Positions 29,839 to 39,992 of a stretch of 64,000 bases of DNA are shown piece by piece. The stretch comes from Christensenellaceae bacterium (GTDB lineage: Bacteria > Bacillota > Clostridia > Christensenellales > CAG-138). The stretch is from positions 66,604 to 130,603 of the forward strand of contig JAISKB010000005.1 of assembly GCA_031261085.1 (NCBI GenBank), given 5' to 3'. The notes beneath the pieces are model-generated. The model made no database searches. It had not been told where the DNA came from and was given only the letters and a program-made list of their open reading frames with translations. The position numbers and the translations under genes are program-made. Within the stretch, counting starts at the first letter, position 1. The number at the start of each line of letters is the position of its first letter.

Positions 29839-30315
29839 ATGTTGTGTGAGCATTGCAAGCAAAACGAGGCGGTTGTGCACCGCATCATTCTCATAAACGG
29901 CAGCAAGCACGAGCAGCACCTGTGTGCCGCTTGCGCCAAGGAAGGCGGCACCGTCACATTTAAGCTGCCCTCTTTTGCGGAGCTGATGAACGTTTCCTTT
30001 AAAGAGGATCAAAAGGGCGCCACTTGCGCGTGCGGCATGACGCTGGATCGCTTCCGCGAGAGCGGCCTTTTGGGCTGCCCCGCATGCTACCGCACGTTTG
30101 CCGAAGACCTGCTTTCCGTCATCAAGCGGGCGCAGGGCGGCAGGCTGGCGCATACCGGCGCGCATCCGCACGCAAACCCAAACCCCGCCAAAGAGGGCGT
30201 CAGCGAGCTGTTTACGCTTAAGCAGGCGCTGCAAGAGGCCGTTTCCCACGAGGAATACGAGCAGGCCGCGGCGCTGCGCGACCGCATCAAGGCGTTCGAG
30301 AGCGAGGAGGCGTAG
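29839..30315 (+). CDS. mcsA: Protein-arginine kinase activator McsA (UvrB/UvrC-motif protein)
   Basis: It has N-terminal zinc fingers (CEHC..CAAC, CACG..CPAC) and a C-terminal UVR motif (EEYEQAAALRDRIKAFE). The ATG lies 7 nt after AAGGAGG. Confidence 0.85.
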   Translation: MLCEHCKQNEAVVHRIILINGSKHEQHLCAACAKEGGTVTFKLPSFAELMNVSFKEDQKGATCACGMTLDRFRESGLLGCPACYRTFAEDLLSVIKRAQGGRLAHTGAHPHANPNPAKEGVSELFTLKQALQEAVSHEEYEQAAALRDRIKAFESEEA

Positions 30316-30318
30316 CAT

Positions 30319-31299
30319 ATGCAGGTATCCGATGTTGTGCTGAGCTGCCGGGTACGCCTGGCGCGCAACCTGAGCGAGCGCCATTTTGTAAACAACCAAT
30401 CGGCGCAGGACGCCGCCGCCACGGTGGACGCCATATCCAGCGCGCTGCCGCAGGGCTGCCGCACCTTGCGCATGGCGCAGCTGCCCGCCATAGAGCGGCT
30501 ATCCTTGGTGGAGCGCCACTTGGCGAGCGCCGAGCTGATTGCCAACGAAAGCGGCGCGCTGGTGCTGAACGAAGAAGAGACCCTGGCCGTGATGATCAAC
30601 GAGGAGGATCACCTGCGCATACAGGGCATACTCCCCACGCTGGACCTTGGCGGCGCCTATGCGCTTTGCAAGGCGGCGGAGGACGCCATAGAGCAAAGCG
30701 TGCCGCTCAGCTTCGACGAGCGGCTTGGCTACCTTACCGCCTGCCCCACCAACCTGGGCACCGGGCTGCGCGCCTCCGCCATGCTGCACCTGGCCGGGCT
30801 GGCGCTCAGCGGCAAGCTCGAGGAGCTGCTCCGCCGCATAGGCAAGCTGGGCATTGCGGTGCGCGGCTTTTATGGCGAGGGCAGCGCCGCGCCGGGGTAT
30901 TTATACCAAATATCCAACCAATATACGCTGGGCCTGCGCGAGGAGGAGATCCTCTCCGCGCTCACGGCCATCATCAAGCAGCTGGCCGGGCAGGAATTGC
31001 TCGCGCGCAAGCTGCTGCTGGAGCACAGCGATATCGCCATACGCGATGTGGCCGCCCGGTCTTTGGGGCTGTGCCGCTACGCATACAAAATGAGCATGGA
31101 GGAATGTATGCAGCACATATCCCGCTTAAAGCTGGGCATAAGCCTGGGGCTTGTCGATTATGCCATGCAAGCGGCGGACCTGCTGATTATCGGCTGCCAG
31201 AGCGCGCAGCTTTGTATAGCCGCAGGCCGGGAACTTACCGATGAAGAAGAGAGCGTTGCGCGGGCGAGCTTTTTGCGCAACGCCTTAAAGGAGATGTAA
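30319..31299 (+). CDS. mcsB: Protein arginine kinase McsB
   Basis: The ATP:guanido phosphotransferase core is present (NEEDHLRIQ, GYLTACPTNLGTGLRAS). It lies between mcsA and clpC. Confidence 0.9.
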   Translation: MQVSDVVLSCRVRLARNLSERHFVNNQSAQDAAATVDAISSALPQGCRTLRMAQLPAIERLSLVERHLASAELIANESGALVLNEEETLAVMINEEDHLRIQGILPTLDLGGAYALCKAAEDAIEQSVPLSFDERLGYLTACPTNLGTGLRASAMLHLAGLALSGKLEELLRRIGKLGIAVRGFYGEGSAAPGYLYQISNQYTLGLREEEILSALTAIIKQLAGQELLARKLLLEHSDIAIRDVAARSLGLCRYAYKMSMEECMQHISRLKLGISLGLVDYAMQAADLLIIGCQSAQLCIAAGRELTDEEESVARASFLRNALKEM

Positions 31300-31302
31300 T
31301 AT

Positions 31303-33720
31303 ATGGATTTTATCGACCGTTTTACCGAGGGCGCGCGCCGCGCATTGGCGTTGGCGCAGGAGAGCGCGCGGGCCATGGGCCACAATTATGTGGGCAGCGA
31401 GCACTTGCTGCTGGGCCTGCTGCAGGAGGGGGAAAGCGCGGCGTATAAGGCGCTGGCGCAGCTTGGCATACAGGAGGACGAGGTGGCCGCCCGCGCCGAC
31501 GCGCTGGTGGGCCATGGCGATTTTCACTTTACCGATACCTTTGGCTACACGCCCCGCACCAAAAAGATACTCGAGCTTAGCCTGTACGAGGCAAAATCGC
31601 TCAAAAACAACTACATCGGCACCGAGCATATACTGCTGGCCATGCTGCGGGAGCGGGATTGCGTAGCCGTGCGCATATTGAACGACCTGGGCTGTGATTT
31701 CACGCTGCTCAAGCAGATGCTAAGCGGCACCACCGCGCCCTCTAAGGGCAGCCCCGGCTCCCACGAGGACCCGGCCACCCCCGTGCTCAACCAATATGGC
31801 AAGGATTTAACCCACCTGGCGCAGGGCGGCGAGCTGGATCCTGTGATAGGCCGCGAGAAGGAGATACAGCGCATCATACAGATACTCTCCCGCCGCACCA
31901 AAAATAACCCGGTGCTCATAGGCGACCCGGGCGTGGGCAAAAGCGCCATCATCGAAGGCCTGGCGCAGCGCATCGCCACCGGCAGCATACCCGAGCTGCT
32001 CAAAAACAAGCGGGTGATTTCGCTGGATTTGGGCGGCATGCTGGCCGGTACCAAATACCGCGGCGAGTTCGAGGAGCGCATCAAAAACGCGATAGACGAG
32101 TTGAAGCAGAGCGGCAACACGATACTCTTCATCGATGAGCTGCACACCATAGTGGGCGCGGGCGCGGCCGAGGGAAGCATCGATGCTTCCAACATATTAA
32201 AGCCGGCGCTGGCGCGCGGCGAAATACAGGTCGTAGGCGCCACCACGCTGGATGAATACCGCCGCTATATCGAAAAGGACGCCGCGCTGGAACGCCGCTT
32301 CCAGCCCGTCACCGTGGGCGAGCCCAGCTGCGAGGAGGCCGTACAGATTCTATTTGGCCTGCGCGACCGCTACGAGGCGCACCACAAGGCGCGCATCACC
32401 GATGAGGCCATACTGGCCGCCGTCGAGCTGTCGGACAGATATATTTCGGACCGGTTTTTGCCGGATAAGGCTATCGACCTGATGGATGAGGCGGCCAGCC
32501 GCGTGCGCCTCGCTTCCTACATATCGCCCCCCGACATGAAGGCGCTGGACGATAAGCTGGCCGGCCTGCTAAAAGAGAAGGAAGAGGCCGTAAACAACCA
32601 GAATTTCGAGCGCGCCGCCGCCATACGCGATGAGGAGCACGCCGTACGCCGCGAGATGCAGGAAAAGAAAGAGGCCTGGGAAAACACGCGGGAAAGCACC
32701 GAGTGCATCGTGACCCAAAATGACATCGCCGAGGTGGTGCACGCGTGGACGGGCATACCCGTAACCCAGCTTACGCAGGATGAAAGCGAAAAGCTGCTGC
32801 ATTTGGAAGAAATGCTGCACCGCCGCGTGGTGGGGCAGGAAGAAGCGATTTCGGCCGTATCGCGGGCTATACGGCGGGCGCGCGCCGGTTTGAAGGACCC
32901 CAAACGCCCCATCGGCAGCTACATATTTTTGGGGCCCACCGGCGTGGGCAAAACCGAGCTGAGCAAGGCGCTGGCCCAAGCCATGTTCGCCGATGAAGAG
33001 GCCATGGTGCGGCTGGATATGAGCGAATATATGGAGCCGCATTCCGTCAGCAAGCTGCTGGGGTCCCCCCCGGGGTATGTGGGCTATGACGATGGCGGGC
33101 AGCTCACCGAGCGGGTGCGCCGCAAGCCCTACTGCGTCATACTGCTGGATGAAATCGAAAAGGCCCACCCCGATGTGTTCAACGCGCTGCTGCAGGTGCT
33201 GGAGGATGGCCGCATGACCGACAGCAAGGGCCGCACGGTGGATTTTCGCAATACCATCATCATCATGACCTCCAACGTGGGCGCAAACAAGGTCGGCAAG
33301 CGCAACACGGTCGGCTTTGGCGCGGAATCCTCCACCCTCACCTATGAGCGCATGCGGGAAGGCATGCTGGAGGACTTGAAAAAGACCTTCCGGCCCGAAT
33401 TCCTCAACCGCGTGGATGAGATCATCATCTTTCATCAGCTGGAACCGGCGCAAACGCAGGAAATCGTGCGGCTGATGCTGCAAAGCGTGATAGAGCGGCT
33501 GCGCGAGCGCGGCATTTCGCTAGCGGTAGCGCCCGAGGTGGAGGCGCACCTGGCGAGCGATGGGTTTGACCCGCTATACGGCGCGCGCCCGCTGCGCCGC
33601 GCCATACAGCATCAGGTGGAGGACAGCCTGAGCGAAGAGGTGCTCTCCAACCGCATCAGCCTGGGCGACAGCGTGCTGTGCCGCGTGGAAAACGGCAAGC
33701 TGGTATTCGAAAAGCAATAG
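31303..33720 (+). CDS. clpC: ATP-dependent Clp protease ATP-binding subunit ClpC
   Basis: It has Clp_N repeats, two AAA+ modules (GDPGVGKSAI; GPTGVGKTEL) and a UVR linker (FERAAAIRDEE). Size is 805 aa. Confidence 0.95.
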   Translation: MDFIDRFTEGARRALALAQESARAMGHNYVGSEHLLLGLLQEGESAAYKALAQLGIQEDEVAARADALVGHGDFHFTDTFGYTPRTKKILELSLYEAKSLKNNYIGTEHILLAMLRERDCVAVRILNDLGCDFTLLKQMLSGTTAPSKGSPGSHEDPATPVLNQYGKDLTHLAQGGELDPVIGREKEIQRIIQILSRRTKNNPVLIGDPGVGKSAIIEGLAQRIATGSIPELLKNKRVISLDLGGMLAGTKYRGEFEERIKNAIDELKQSGNTILFIDELHTIVGAGAAEGSIDASNILKPALARGEIQVVGATTLDEYRRYIEKDAALERRFQPVTVGEPSCEEAVQILFGLRDRYEAHHKARITDEAILAAVELSDRYISDRFLPDKAIDLMDEAASRVRLASYISPPDMKALDDKLAGLLKEKEEAVNNQNFERAAAIRDEEHAVRREMQEKKEAWENTRESTECIVTQNDIAEVVHAWTGIPVTQLTQDESEKLLHLEEMLHRRVVGQEEAISAVSRAIRRARAGLKDPKRPIGSYIFLGPTGVGKTELSKALAQAMFADEEAMVRLDMSEYMEPHSVSKLLGSPPGYVGYDDGGQLTERVRRKPYCVILLDEIEKAHPDVFNALLQVLEDGRMTDSKGRTVDFRNTIIIMTSNVGANKVGKRNTVGFGAESSTLTYERMREGMLEDLKKTFRPEFLNRVDEIIIFHQLEPAQTQEIVRLMLQSVIERLRERGISLAVAPEVEAHLASDGFDPLYGARPLRRAIQHQVEDSLSEEVLSNRISLGDSVLCRVENGKLVFEKQ

Positions 33721-33737
33721 ATCCCAGTATTAAAATA

Positions 33738-33781
33738 AACAAGCCATCTGGAACAACCGCTGTTCCGATGGCTTGTTGTTT
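33738..33781. terminator. Bidirectional terminator after clpC / PTS-EIIC-like gene
   Basis: The outer stem AACAAGCCATC ... GATGGCTTGTT encloses an inner GGAACA/TGTTCC helix. T-rich tracts flank it on both strands. Confidence 0.7.
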
Positions 33782-33808
33782 GTATGCGGTAAAGTTATGA
33801 GGAACGGC

Positions 33809-34816
33809 TTACAAATCCAGCTTCATGTACCCGGCTTTCAGCCAGCCCGTTTTTTTAATGCACAAATACAGGCCCCAGCTTAACAGCGCCGGCAGCACAA
33901 AGTGCATCAGTATGATTTGGAATAGAAGCACGCCGGGTTGCATGCTGCCCGACATGGTTTGCCACGCGCAAAACTGCCCCACAAAGCTGCAAGAGCCCAT
34001 CCCGGCGCCCATCGCGTTGTTGGTCATGCCAAACACCGCCGAGGAGATGGGCCCCAAAATAGCCGAGGCGATGGTGGTGGGCAGCAGTATGGCCGGGTGC
34101 CGCATGGCGTTGGGGAGCTGCAATTTGGCTGTGCCAATGCCCTGCGCCAGCACGCCGCCCCAGCCGTTTTCTTTAAACGAAATGACCGCGAAGCCTACCA
34201 TCTGCACGCAGCACCCTATCACCGAAGCGCCGGCCGCCAAGCCGGAAAGCTCCAATGAGATGGCCAGCGCCGCGCTGGATAAGGGCGACACCAGCACCAG
34301 CCCCATAACGGAGGAAATAATGATGCCCGACAGCACGGGGTTGAGCGTGGCCGCCGTGTTGATAAAGCTGCCCAAGGCCTTCATAAAGGCCAATATGGGC
34401 GGGCCGACGATGTTGGCCGCAACGCCGCCAACAATAATCACCACAAACGGCACCAGCGCGATATCGATGGGGGTTTTACCCTCTACAAAGCGCCCCGCCT
34501 CGGCGCCCAGCACGGCGCATACAAACGCGCTCACCGGGCCGCCGGCCACATAGCCCAAGGCGCCCGATATCGCTGAGGCAAACATGCTAAGCCGCTTTGT
34601 ACCCAAACCGTGGGCGATGGCAACGCCAATGGCTGCGCCCGCCGCTTCTTTCGAGGCGGCCATAGCGGCCATGGGCTTTAAAAAGCTTAAAAACGAAATG
34701 TTGGAAAACTGCTCTATAACGACGCTGATGATTACGGAGCAAAAAAGCCCGAAAGCCATAGATCCCATGGCTTTTACCAAATAGCGCTCGTACCCTTTTT
34801 TAATGGTGTCTTTCAT
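33809..34816 (-). CDS. Polytopic membrane protein, PTS EIIC_2-like family
   Basis: It has ~10 Gly/Ala-rich TM segments and is 335 aa. It resembles the stand-alone PTS_EIIC_2 family. No EIIA, EIIB or HPr gene is adjacent. Confidence 0.55.
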   Translation of the reverse strand: MKDTIKKGYERYLVKAMGSMAFGLFCSVIISVVIEQFSNISFLSFLKPMAAMAASKEAAGAAIGVAIAHGLGTKRLSMFASAISGALGYVAGGPVSAFVCAVLGAEAGRFVEGKTPIDIALVPFVVIIVGGVAANIVGPPILAFMKALGSFINTAATLNPVLSGIIISSVMGLVLVSPLSSAALAISLELSGLAAGASVIGCCVQMVGFAVISFKENGWGGVLAQGIGTAKLQLPNAMRHPAILLPTTIASAILGPISSAVFGMTNNAMGAGMGSCSFVGQFCAWQTMSGSMQPGVLLFQIILMHFVLPALLSWGLYLCIKKTGWLKAGYMKLDL

Positions 34817-34931
34817 GATATCCTCCCCAGTTTAGCCTTCCTAAGCAAGCATATAGCATATGTTTGCGGCTGTCAAGGCGCGGATTGAGCCGATGCGGAC
34901 GCTTTCTATCAGCGCGCTTGTCCTCATTCCC

Positions 34932-34960
34932 TTGCAAAAAACAATATGGGATATTACAAT
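34932..34960 (+). promoter_or_regulatory. Candidate promoter of the zinc-ribbon membrane protein gene
   Basis: TTGCAA, 17 nt, then TACAAT. Confidence 0.45.
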
Positions 34961-34994
34961 GATGGTAAATACTTACACTTTGGAGGGAATGGCC

Positions 34995-35927
34995 ATGCTC
35001 TGTACGCATTGTGGTAAAGAAATCCCTGAAAACAGCGAGTTCTGCACATTCTGCGGGGAACAGCAAAGCCCGCAGCTTCAGCCTATTTCGACGGAGCATG
35101 CCGACGCGGCAACGCCGGAACAGGCGCCGGACGCCCAACAACCCGCCGCGGACCTAAAGCCAAAGGCGCAGGGCGGGCTGGCCGGTAAAATCCTCAGCCT
35201 GCTGGTGAGCGCCGGGCTGGTCATCGGCGGGTTAAGCGGGCGGTTTGTGCTGCGCGGCACCAACAGCAGCGGGCTGCTGGTGGCATTTGGCCTGTTATGG
35301 CTGGCCTACGACATATTTTCCATCGTGATGCATTATAAAAAGGGCGGTGAAGCTGTGCCAAACGCGGCGACTTCCACGGGCACGGCAGGCCTCGCCCTGC
35401 CCGATGGTTCCAAAGCGTTCGTGATTGCGGCGGCCCTCATGGCGGTCAGCGTTGCAGTCCCGCTGCTGCTAAACATTGCAGCTGGCGGCTTCAATATCCG
35501 TTTGGTTTTGAGCGCGCTCTCGGGCATTGTTTTTATTGTACTCGCGCTCTCGCTGTTTAAAAAGAATATCCAACTGCTGATTATCCCCGCCGCATTGGAC
35601 ATTTTCGTCAGGGTCATCGGCATTATAGGCTATACGCCAAGTCCAAGCTATTACATTAGGCTCATTGCGGATATCGCCTTGCTGGTGGCGGTTATAGTAA
35701 CCGTAAGCGGAACGCGCGCATCAAACCGCCCGCTTTTCTTTACCGCGATTGGGGCCTGCGCCATAACGCTGGTAAGTTATGTTATTACAGTGCTGCGATA
35801 TGGGCAGGGCGTTTCCTTCATCACAATCCTCACGCTGCTGTGTTACTACGGCGCATATTTTGTGATTGCAGCCGCGCTGGCCCCCGCAACGCTTCACAAA
35901 AATCAGGAGAATGAAATCGCCAATTGA
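34995..35927 (+). CDS. Zinc-ribbon domain membrane protein
   Basis: The N-terminus has CTHCGKEIPENSEFCTFCG, followed by multiple TM segments. The start at 34995 lies 7 nt after GGAGGG; 34989 is an alternative. Confidence 0.6.
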   Translation: MLCTHCGKEIPENSEFCTFCGEQQSPQLQPISTEHADAATPEQAPDAQQPAADLKPKAQGGLAGKILSLLVSAGLVIGGLSGRFVLRGTNSSGLLVAFGLLWLAYDIFSIVMHYKKGGEAVPNAATSTGTAGLALPDGSKAFVIAAALMAVSVAVPLLLNIAAGGFNIRLVLSALSGIVFIVLALSLFKKNIQLLIIPAALDIFVRVIGIIGYTPSPSYYIRLIADIALLVAVIVTVSGTRASNRPLFFTAIGACAITLVSYVITVLRYGQGVSFITILTLLCYYGAYFVIAAALAPATLHKNQENEIAN

Positions 35928-35954
35928 TATAGCACGGTAAAGCATGTTTGCAAA

Positions 35955-35978
35955 AGCCCGCCTTTGGCGGGCTTTTTT
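35955..35978 (+). terminator. Rho-independent terminator
   Basis: An AGCCCGCC / GGCGGGCT stem is followed by TTTTTT. Confidence 0.7.
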
Positions 35979-36327
35979 GCGTGCGCGCCGAAAAAGGGGG
36001 CGCGAATGCGCAAAAAACACATATTTAAATCCTCTACCATTTCTTTCCATTCACAACAAAAATATGCGCGCTTATATCTAAATAGCGCAATCCGCAAAGT
36101 AAAGAATATAAAATAATAATTATGCAGATGATTATAATAATTTTAAGTTTTTAAGTGAAGGGCGCCAAATTATACTAAAGCAGGCTGTGCGCGTGTTTTG
36201 GGGAGAATAGGCTGCATTCACAGCGAAAAAAACAATCTATGACGGGCAAATAAATTTGCAATTTGCATCTTAGCTTTAAAAATTTTCCAGCTTGAAAATC
36301 AAGATTATAAAAACGGAGGGCTTTATC

Positions 36328-37962
36328 GTGGTAAAAAACTGCAAAAGAACAATATCGGCAATGGTTCTATCCCTAGTTATGCTCATGTCCTTGTGGCCGC
36401 CAACGGCAATGGGTGCGGGTTATGATCTGAGCGTCGATACGCGCAACGTGAATATACAAAACGCCAACCTCAACGTTCAGAAAATTCAAATAAATGACTA
36501 TTGGACGCCCAACGACATCTTAAGCGATTCCGTCATCAGCCAACCCGGCTTATATAACAGGAGCAGCGATACCCCGGTTACCGGCGTAGAGCTATACTTT
36601 GACGCTTTCTACGAAGGCAGACACGAAATAAACAATTTATCCGATTATTTGCCCCAGGCAAATGGTGTGGATATGGATCCATATCCGACTTACTTCCCAT
36701 CCGCAAGAGCGGCGCATGACTATATAGACATCGTGATAGAAAGGGATTCGACGAGTGTCCCCTGGGCGCGTTATCGCTTTGACGTCTTGCTTAAAAGTGT
36801 TAACGGGGATCCAGACATAACGCATACTACTTATTCAACCCCACAAAACGGTAACATAAAACAAGACCAACATACGCTTCGTAGAGTACCCGATACATGG
36901 AATAGCGGTGATTTATATTACCTTGGCCAATTAGACGACCCCAACGACCCCACTTTAAAGGGCTACTACATTAAAAGCGTTACCGCCACTCCGCTCGGTA
37001 CGGATGGTCAAAGCAGCTCCGCGGGTATTTTGCCCCCGGGTAACGGATTAAAAGTACATTACCGGGAAAGGCTGTGGCCGACCAAAACCTGGCCGGATGG
37101 AACGCCTATGGATGACGCCGTCGTTTCTACAACAGGATATATTAAATACGATGACGAAAACGGAGCCTCGCAAAAAGAATATATGGACATATTCGATATT
37201 TACTTTTACAATCAAAATTTAGCCTATAGGGATGGATCTTCCGCAGGCGACACCGTGGCGATCAACAAGTTGAATTTCACCACGGCAAACCCCTCCCAAG
37301 CCCGCCGCTCCGGCGACATTGTGGATTACAGGCTGGACGTAGGCGAAGGAACGAATTATAGAGCCATCAGCCAAGCGTGGATTGATCCCGTCGTCGCGTT
37401 CCGTCTCCCCAAGGGAATCACGCTTGCGGAGCTTGCGAACATCACCCAAACCACCGATGGAAAGCCTGTACGGGCAGAGCAAACATACGCTGACGCGAAC
37501 TATACCTATTACAAAATTTCAGCCACACCAACGCCAGGGCGGCACTTTTTCAACTTCACCATAGACCTTAAGCTGAAGGTCGAGGACAATGTGGCGGCTG
37601 GTACCTATGTGATAGACCAAGCGTTGCTATCTTCATCAAGGGCGGAATTCGGTTCGTATTTCGCGGAGTTCAACAACACGCTAACGGTAGAAGAAGCGGC
37701 AAAATATGGATTCGCCGCGGGGCATGGTTATTTTGAGTGGTACGCATGGACACCCACGCCGATTGCATCGCTGACCGTTGTACGTCCCAACACCATGAAT
37801 TCCCCAAGCCCCACGAATTCTCAAACCCAGTCCCCCGCCCCCGACGTTGCCGTAATACCGCGCACGGGTGACGCAGGAACTGCACAGTGGCTCGCCCTTG
37901 TAATCATGAGCGTCGTGATTGCCGCGTGGAGCGCGGGAGTGCACAAGCGCAGAGCTCGGTAG
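36328..37962 (+). CDS. Sortase-anchored cell-surface protein (LPXTG-like IPRTG motif)
   Basis: It has a signal peptide ending PTAMGA. The C-terminal sorting signal is IPRTG (37855..37869), then a hydrophobic segment, then KRRAR. The GTG at 36328 lies 7 nt after GGAGGG. The gene and its flanks are clearly AT-richer than neighbouring genes. Confidence 0.7.
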   Translation: MVKNCKRTISAMVLSLVMLMSLWPPTAMGAGYDLSVDTRNVNIQNANLNVQKIQINDYWTPNDILSDSVISQPGLYNRSSDTPVTGVELYFDAFYEGRHEINNLSDYLPQANGVDMDPYPTYFPSARAAHDYIDIVIERDSTSVPWARYRFDVLLKSVNGDPDITHTTYSTPQNGNIKQDQHTLRRVPDTWNSGDLYYLGQLDDPNDPTLKGYYIKSVTATPLGTDGQSSSAGILPPGNGLKVHYRERLWPTKTWPDGTPMDDAVVSTTGYIKYDDENGASQKEYMDIFDIYFYNQNLAYRDGSSAGDTVAINKLNFTTANPSQARRSGDIVDYRLDVGEGTNYRAISQAWIDPVVAFRLPKGITLAELANITQTTDGKPVRAEQTYADANYTYYKISATPTPGRHFFNFTIDLKLKVEDNVAAGTYVIDQALLSSSRAEFGSYFAEFNNTLTVEEAAKYGFAAGHGYFEWYAWTPTPIASLTVVRPNTMNSPSPTNSQTQSPAPDVAVIPRTGDAGTAQWLALVIMSVVIAAWSAGVHKRRAR

Positions 37963-38014
37963 GGTTCGGTTTCTTTTGTCCCGCGAGCATACAAAAATCT
38001 CCTTCACACTACAT

Positions 38015-38053
38015 AACAAGGGTATTTCAAAAAATTTTTGAAATACCCTTGTT
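38015..38053. terminator. Bidirectional terminator (19-bp perfect palindrome)
   Basis: AACAAGGGTATTTCAAAAA / TTTTTGAAATACCCTTGTT lies between convergent genes. Confidence 0.75.
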
Positions 38054-38120
38054 GCTTTTCACCTCTTTGACATCGCAGTTGGTATTGGCCGTTTCCATCC
38101 TAACTTGCCGCACCCTGCCC

Positions 38121-39992
38121 TTATGCCGACTGTTCAAACTGGCTGTTGTAAAGCTCCGCATAGAAGCCATTCTTTGCCAGCAGCTCCGCGTGGCTGCCGC
38201 TTTCCACAATATCGCCATCCTTCATATACAAAATCAAATCGGCGTTTTTGATGGTGGATAGCCGGTGGGCAATCACAAACGAGGTGCGGCCGGCGGTCAG
38301 TTTATCCATCGCGCCCTGCACGATACGCTCCGTGCGGGTATCCACCGAGCTTGTCGCTTCATCCAAAATCAGCAGCGGCGCGTTTTGTATCATCGCCCGC
38401 GCGATGGTCACAAGCTGCTTTTGCCCCAGGGATAGGCTCACCTTGTCGTTTAAAACCGTGTCGTACCCATGCGGCAGCGTGCGGATGAAGTGGTGCAACC
38501 CCACCGCTTTGCAGGCGGCCACGACAGCCTCCTCCGTCACGCCGGGTTTCGCGTAGATGATATTATCCTTTATCGTGCCTTCGAACAGCCATGTATCCTG
38601 CAGCACCATGCAAAACTGCTCGTGCACGTTTTCCCTTGTGGTCTGTATGGTGGGGATGCCATCGAGCAAAATCTCCCCGCTATCCAGCTCATAAAAGCGC
38701 ATCAGCAGGTTGACGATCGTGGTTTTGCCCGCGCCGGTCGGGCCTACAATCGCAATCTTTTGCCCGGCCCTAACCTTGGTTGAAAAATCGTGGATAATCG
38801 GCTTCCCTTTTTCGTATCCGAACCGCACGTTTTTAAACTCCACATCGCCCTTTATATCGGTCAGCAGCTTTGTTTTTTGGCTTTCCTCCGTCAGTTCCTC
38901 TTCCCCCAAAAACTCAAACACGCGCTCGCCGGCGGCGGCTGTGCGCTGCAGGCTCTGCATCGCCTGCGCCAGCTGGGAAAGGGGCTGCGTAAAAAATCGT
39001 ACATACAGCACAAACGCGATGATTACCCCGAAGGAAATCGTGCCGTTCATGGCCAGCGTCGCGCCCACCACGCACACGGCAACATAGCCCAAATTCCCTA
39101 TAAAGTTCATAAAAGGCATCATCAGCCCGGACATGAACTGGGATTTCCAGCCGCTTGTATACAGGGTTTCGTTTATTTTTTCGAAGGTCGCTTTGGCCGC
39201 CCTGCCGCCGTTATAGGCCTTTACCACGTTGTGCCCCGAATAGATTTCTTCAATGTGCCCGTTGATTTCCCCCAGGCCCTGCTGCTGCGCGGTAAAATAT
39301 TTTTGCGATTTCGACATAATTATCAGCATCAGCGAAAACCCGAGCAGGCTGGAGCCTATGGCCGTCAGCGCCAAAACCCAGTTGGTGACGAACATCATCA
39401 CGAGGGAGCCGATAAACGTGGCGGCCGCCCGCACGAGCGAATCGATGCTTTGGTTTAAGGTTTGCCCAATGGCATCCACATCGTTGGTTACGCGGCTGAG
39501 CACATCGCCATAGCTCGTGCCGTCAAAGTATTTTAGCGGGAGCCTGTTGATTTTGGCGGATATATCGGTGCGCATGTTTTTGGAGATTTTGGCCGTGATG
39601 GTGGCCATCATAAAGTTTTCCGCAAAGCTGAGCAGCGCCGACCCCGCGTAGAAAAACACCAGCAGCAGGGCAATGCTTGTGATTGCGGTAAAGTCGATGG
39701 CGCCCGCCACAGGCTGGCCATTCACCAGCATAGGCAGCCCCTTTGCAACCTCGTTGGCCATATCCTTTAATTGATCCGGCCCGATGATTTGCAAAACCGT
39801 GCTGCCGGCCGCGATAATAAGCGCGACCAAAATGAAGGGCAGGTATCGCTTGCAGTAGCGTATCAGCTTGCGCCAGGTGCCCTTAAAATCCTTTGCTTTC
39901 TCTGCCGGGCCGCGCATACGGCCCTGCCTGCCGCCCATCATGCCGCCTTTGGCGGGCGCTCTCTTTATCGTATTGGTTTGATTTTCACTCAT
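38121..39992 (-). CDS. ABC exporter, fused permease/ATPase (heterodimer partner, consensus site)
   Basis: It has an N-terminal 6-TM domain, then GPTGAGKTT, LSLGQKQ and LILDEATSSVD. Size is 623 aa. Confidence 0.9.
   Translation of the reverse strand: MSENQTNTIKRAPAKGGMMGGRQGRMRGPAEKAKDFKGTWRKLIRYCKRYLPFILVALIIAAGSTVLQIIGPDQLKDMANEVAKGLPMLVNGQPVAGAIDFTAITSIALLLVFFYAGSALLSFAENFMMATITAKISKNMRTDISAKINRLPLKYFDGTSYGDVLSRVTNDVDAIGQTLNQSIDSLVRAAATFIGSLVMMFVTNWVLALTAIGSSLLGFSLMLIIMSKSQKYFTAQQQGLGEINGHIEEIYSGHNVVKAYNGGRAAKATFEKINETLYTSGWKSQFMSGLMMPFMNFIGNLGYVAVCVVGATLAMNGTISFGVIIAFVLYVRFFTQPLSQLAQAMQSLQRTAAAGERVFEFLGEEELTEESQKTKLLTDIKGDVEFKNVRFGYEKGKPIIHDFSTKVRAGQKIAIVGPTGAGKTTIVNLLMRFYELDSGEILLDGIPTIQTTRENVHEQFCMVLQDTWLFEGTIKDNIIYAKPGVTEEAVVAACKAVGLHHFIRTLPHGYDTVLNDKVSLSLGQKQLVTIARAMIQNAPLLILDEATSSVDTRTERIVQGAMDKLTAGRTSFVIAHRLSTIKNADLILYMKDGDIVESGSHAELLAKNGFYAELYNSQFEQSA

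Noticed and set aside
38015-38053. A 39-bp perfect palindrome considered as an IS/MITE terminal repeat or a protein-binding site.
   Set aside because: It is a single copy sitting exactly between two convergent stop codons, with A/T runs on both sides. This is the expected form of a bidirectional intrinsic terminator.
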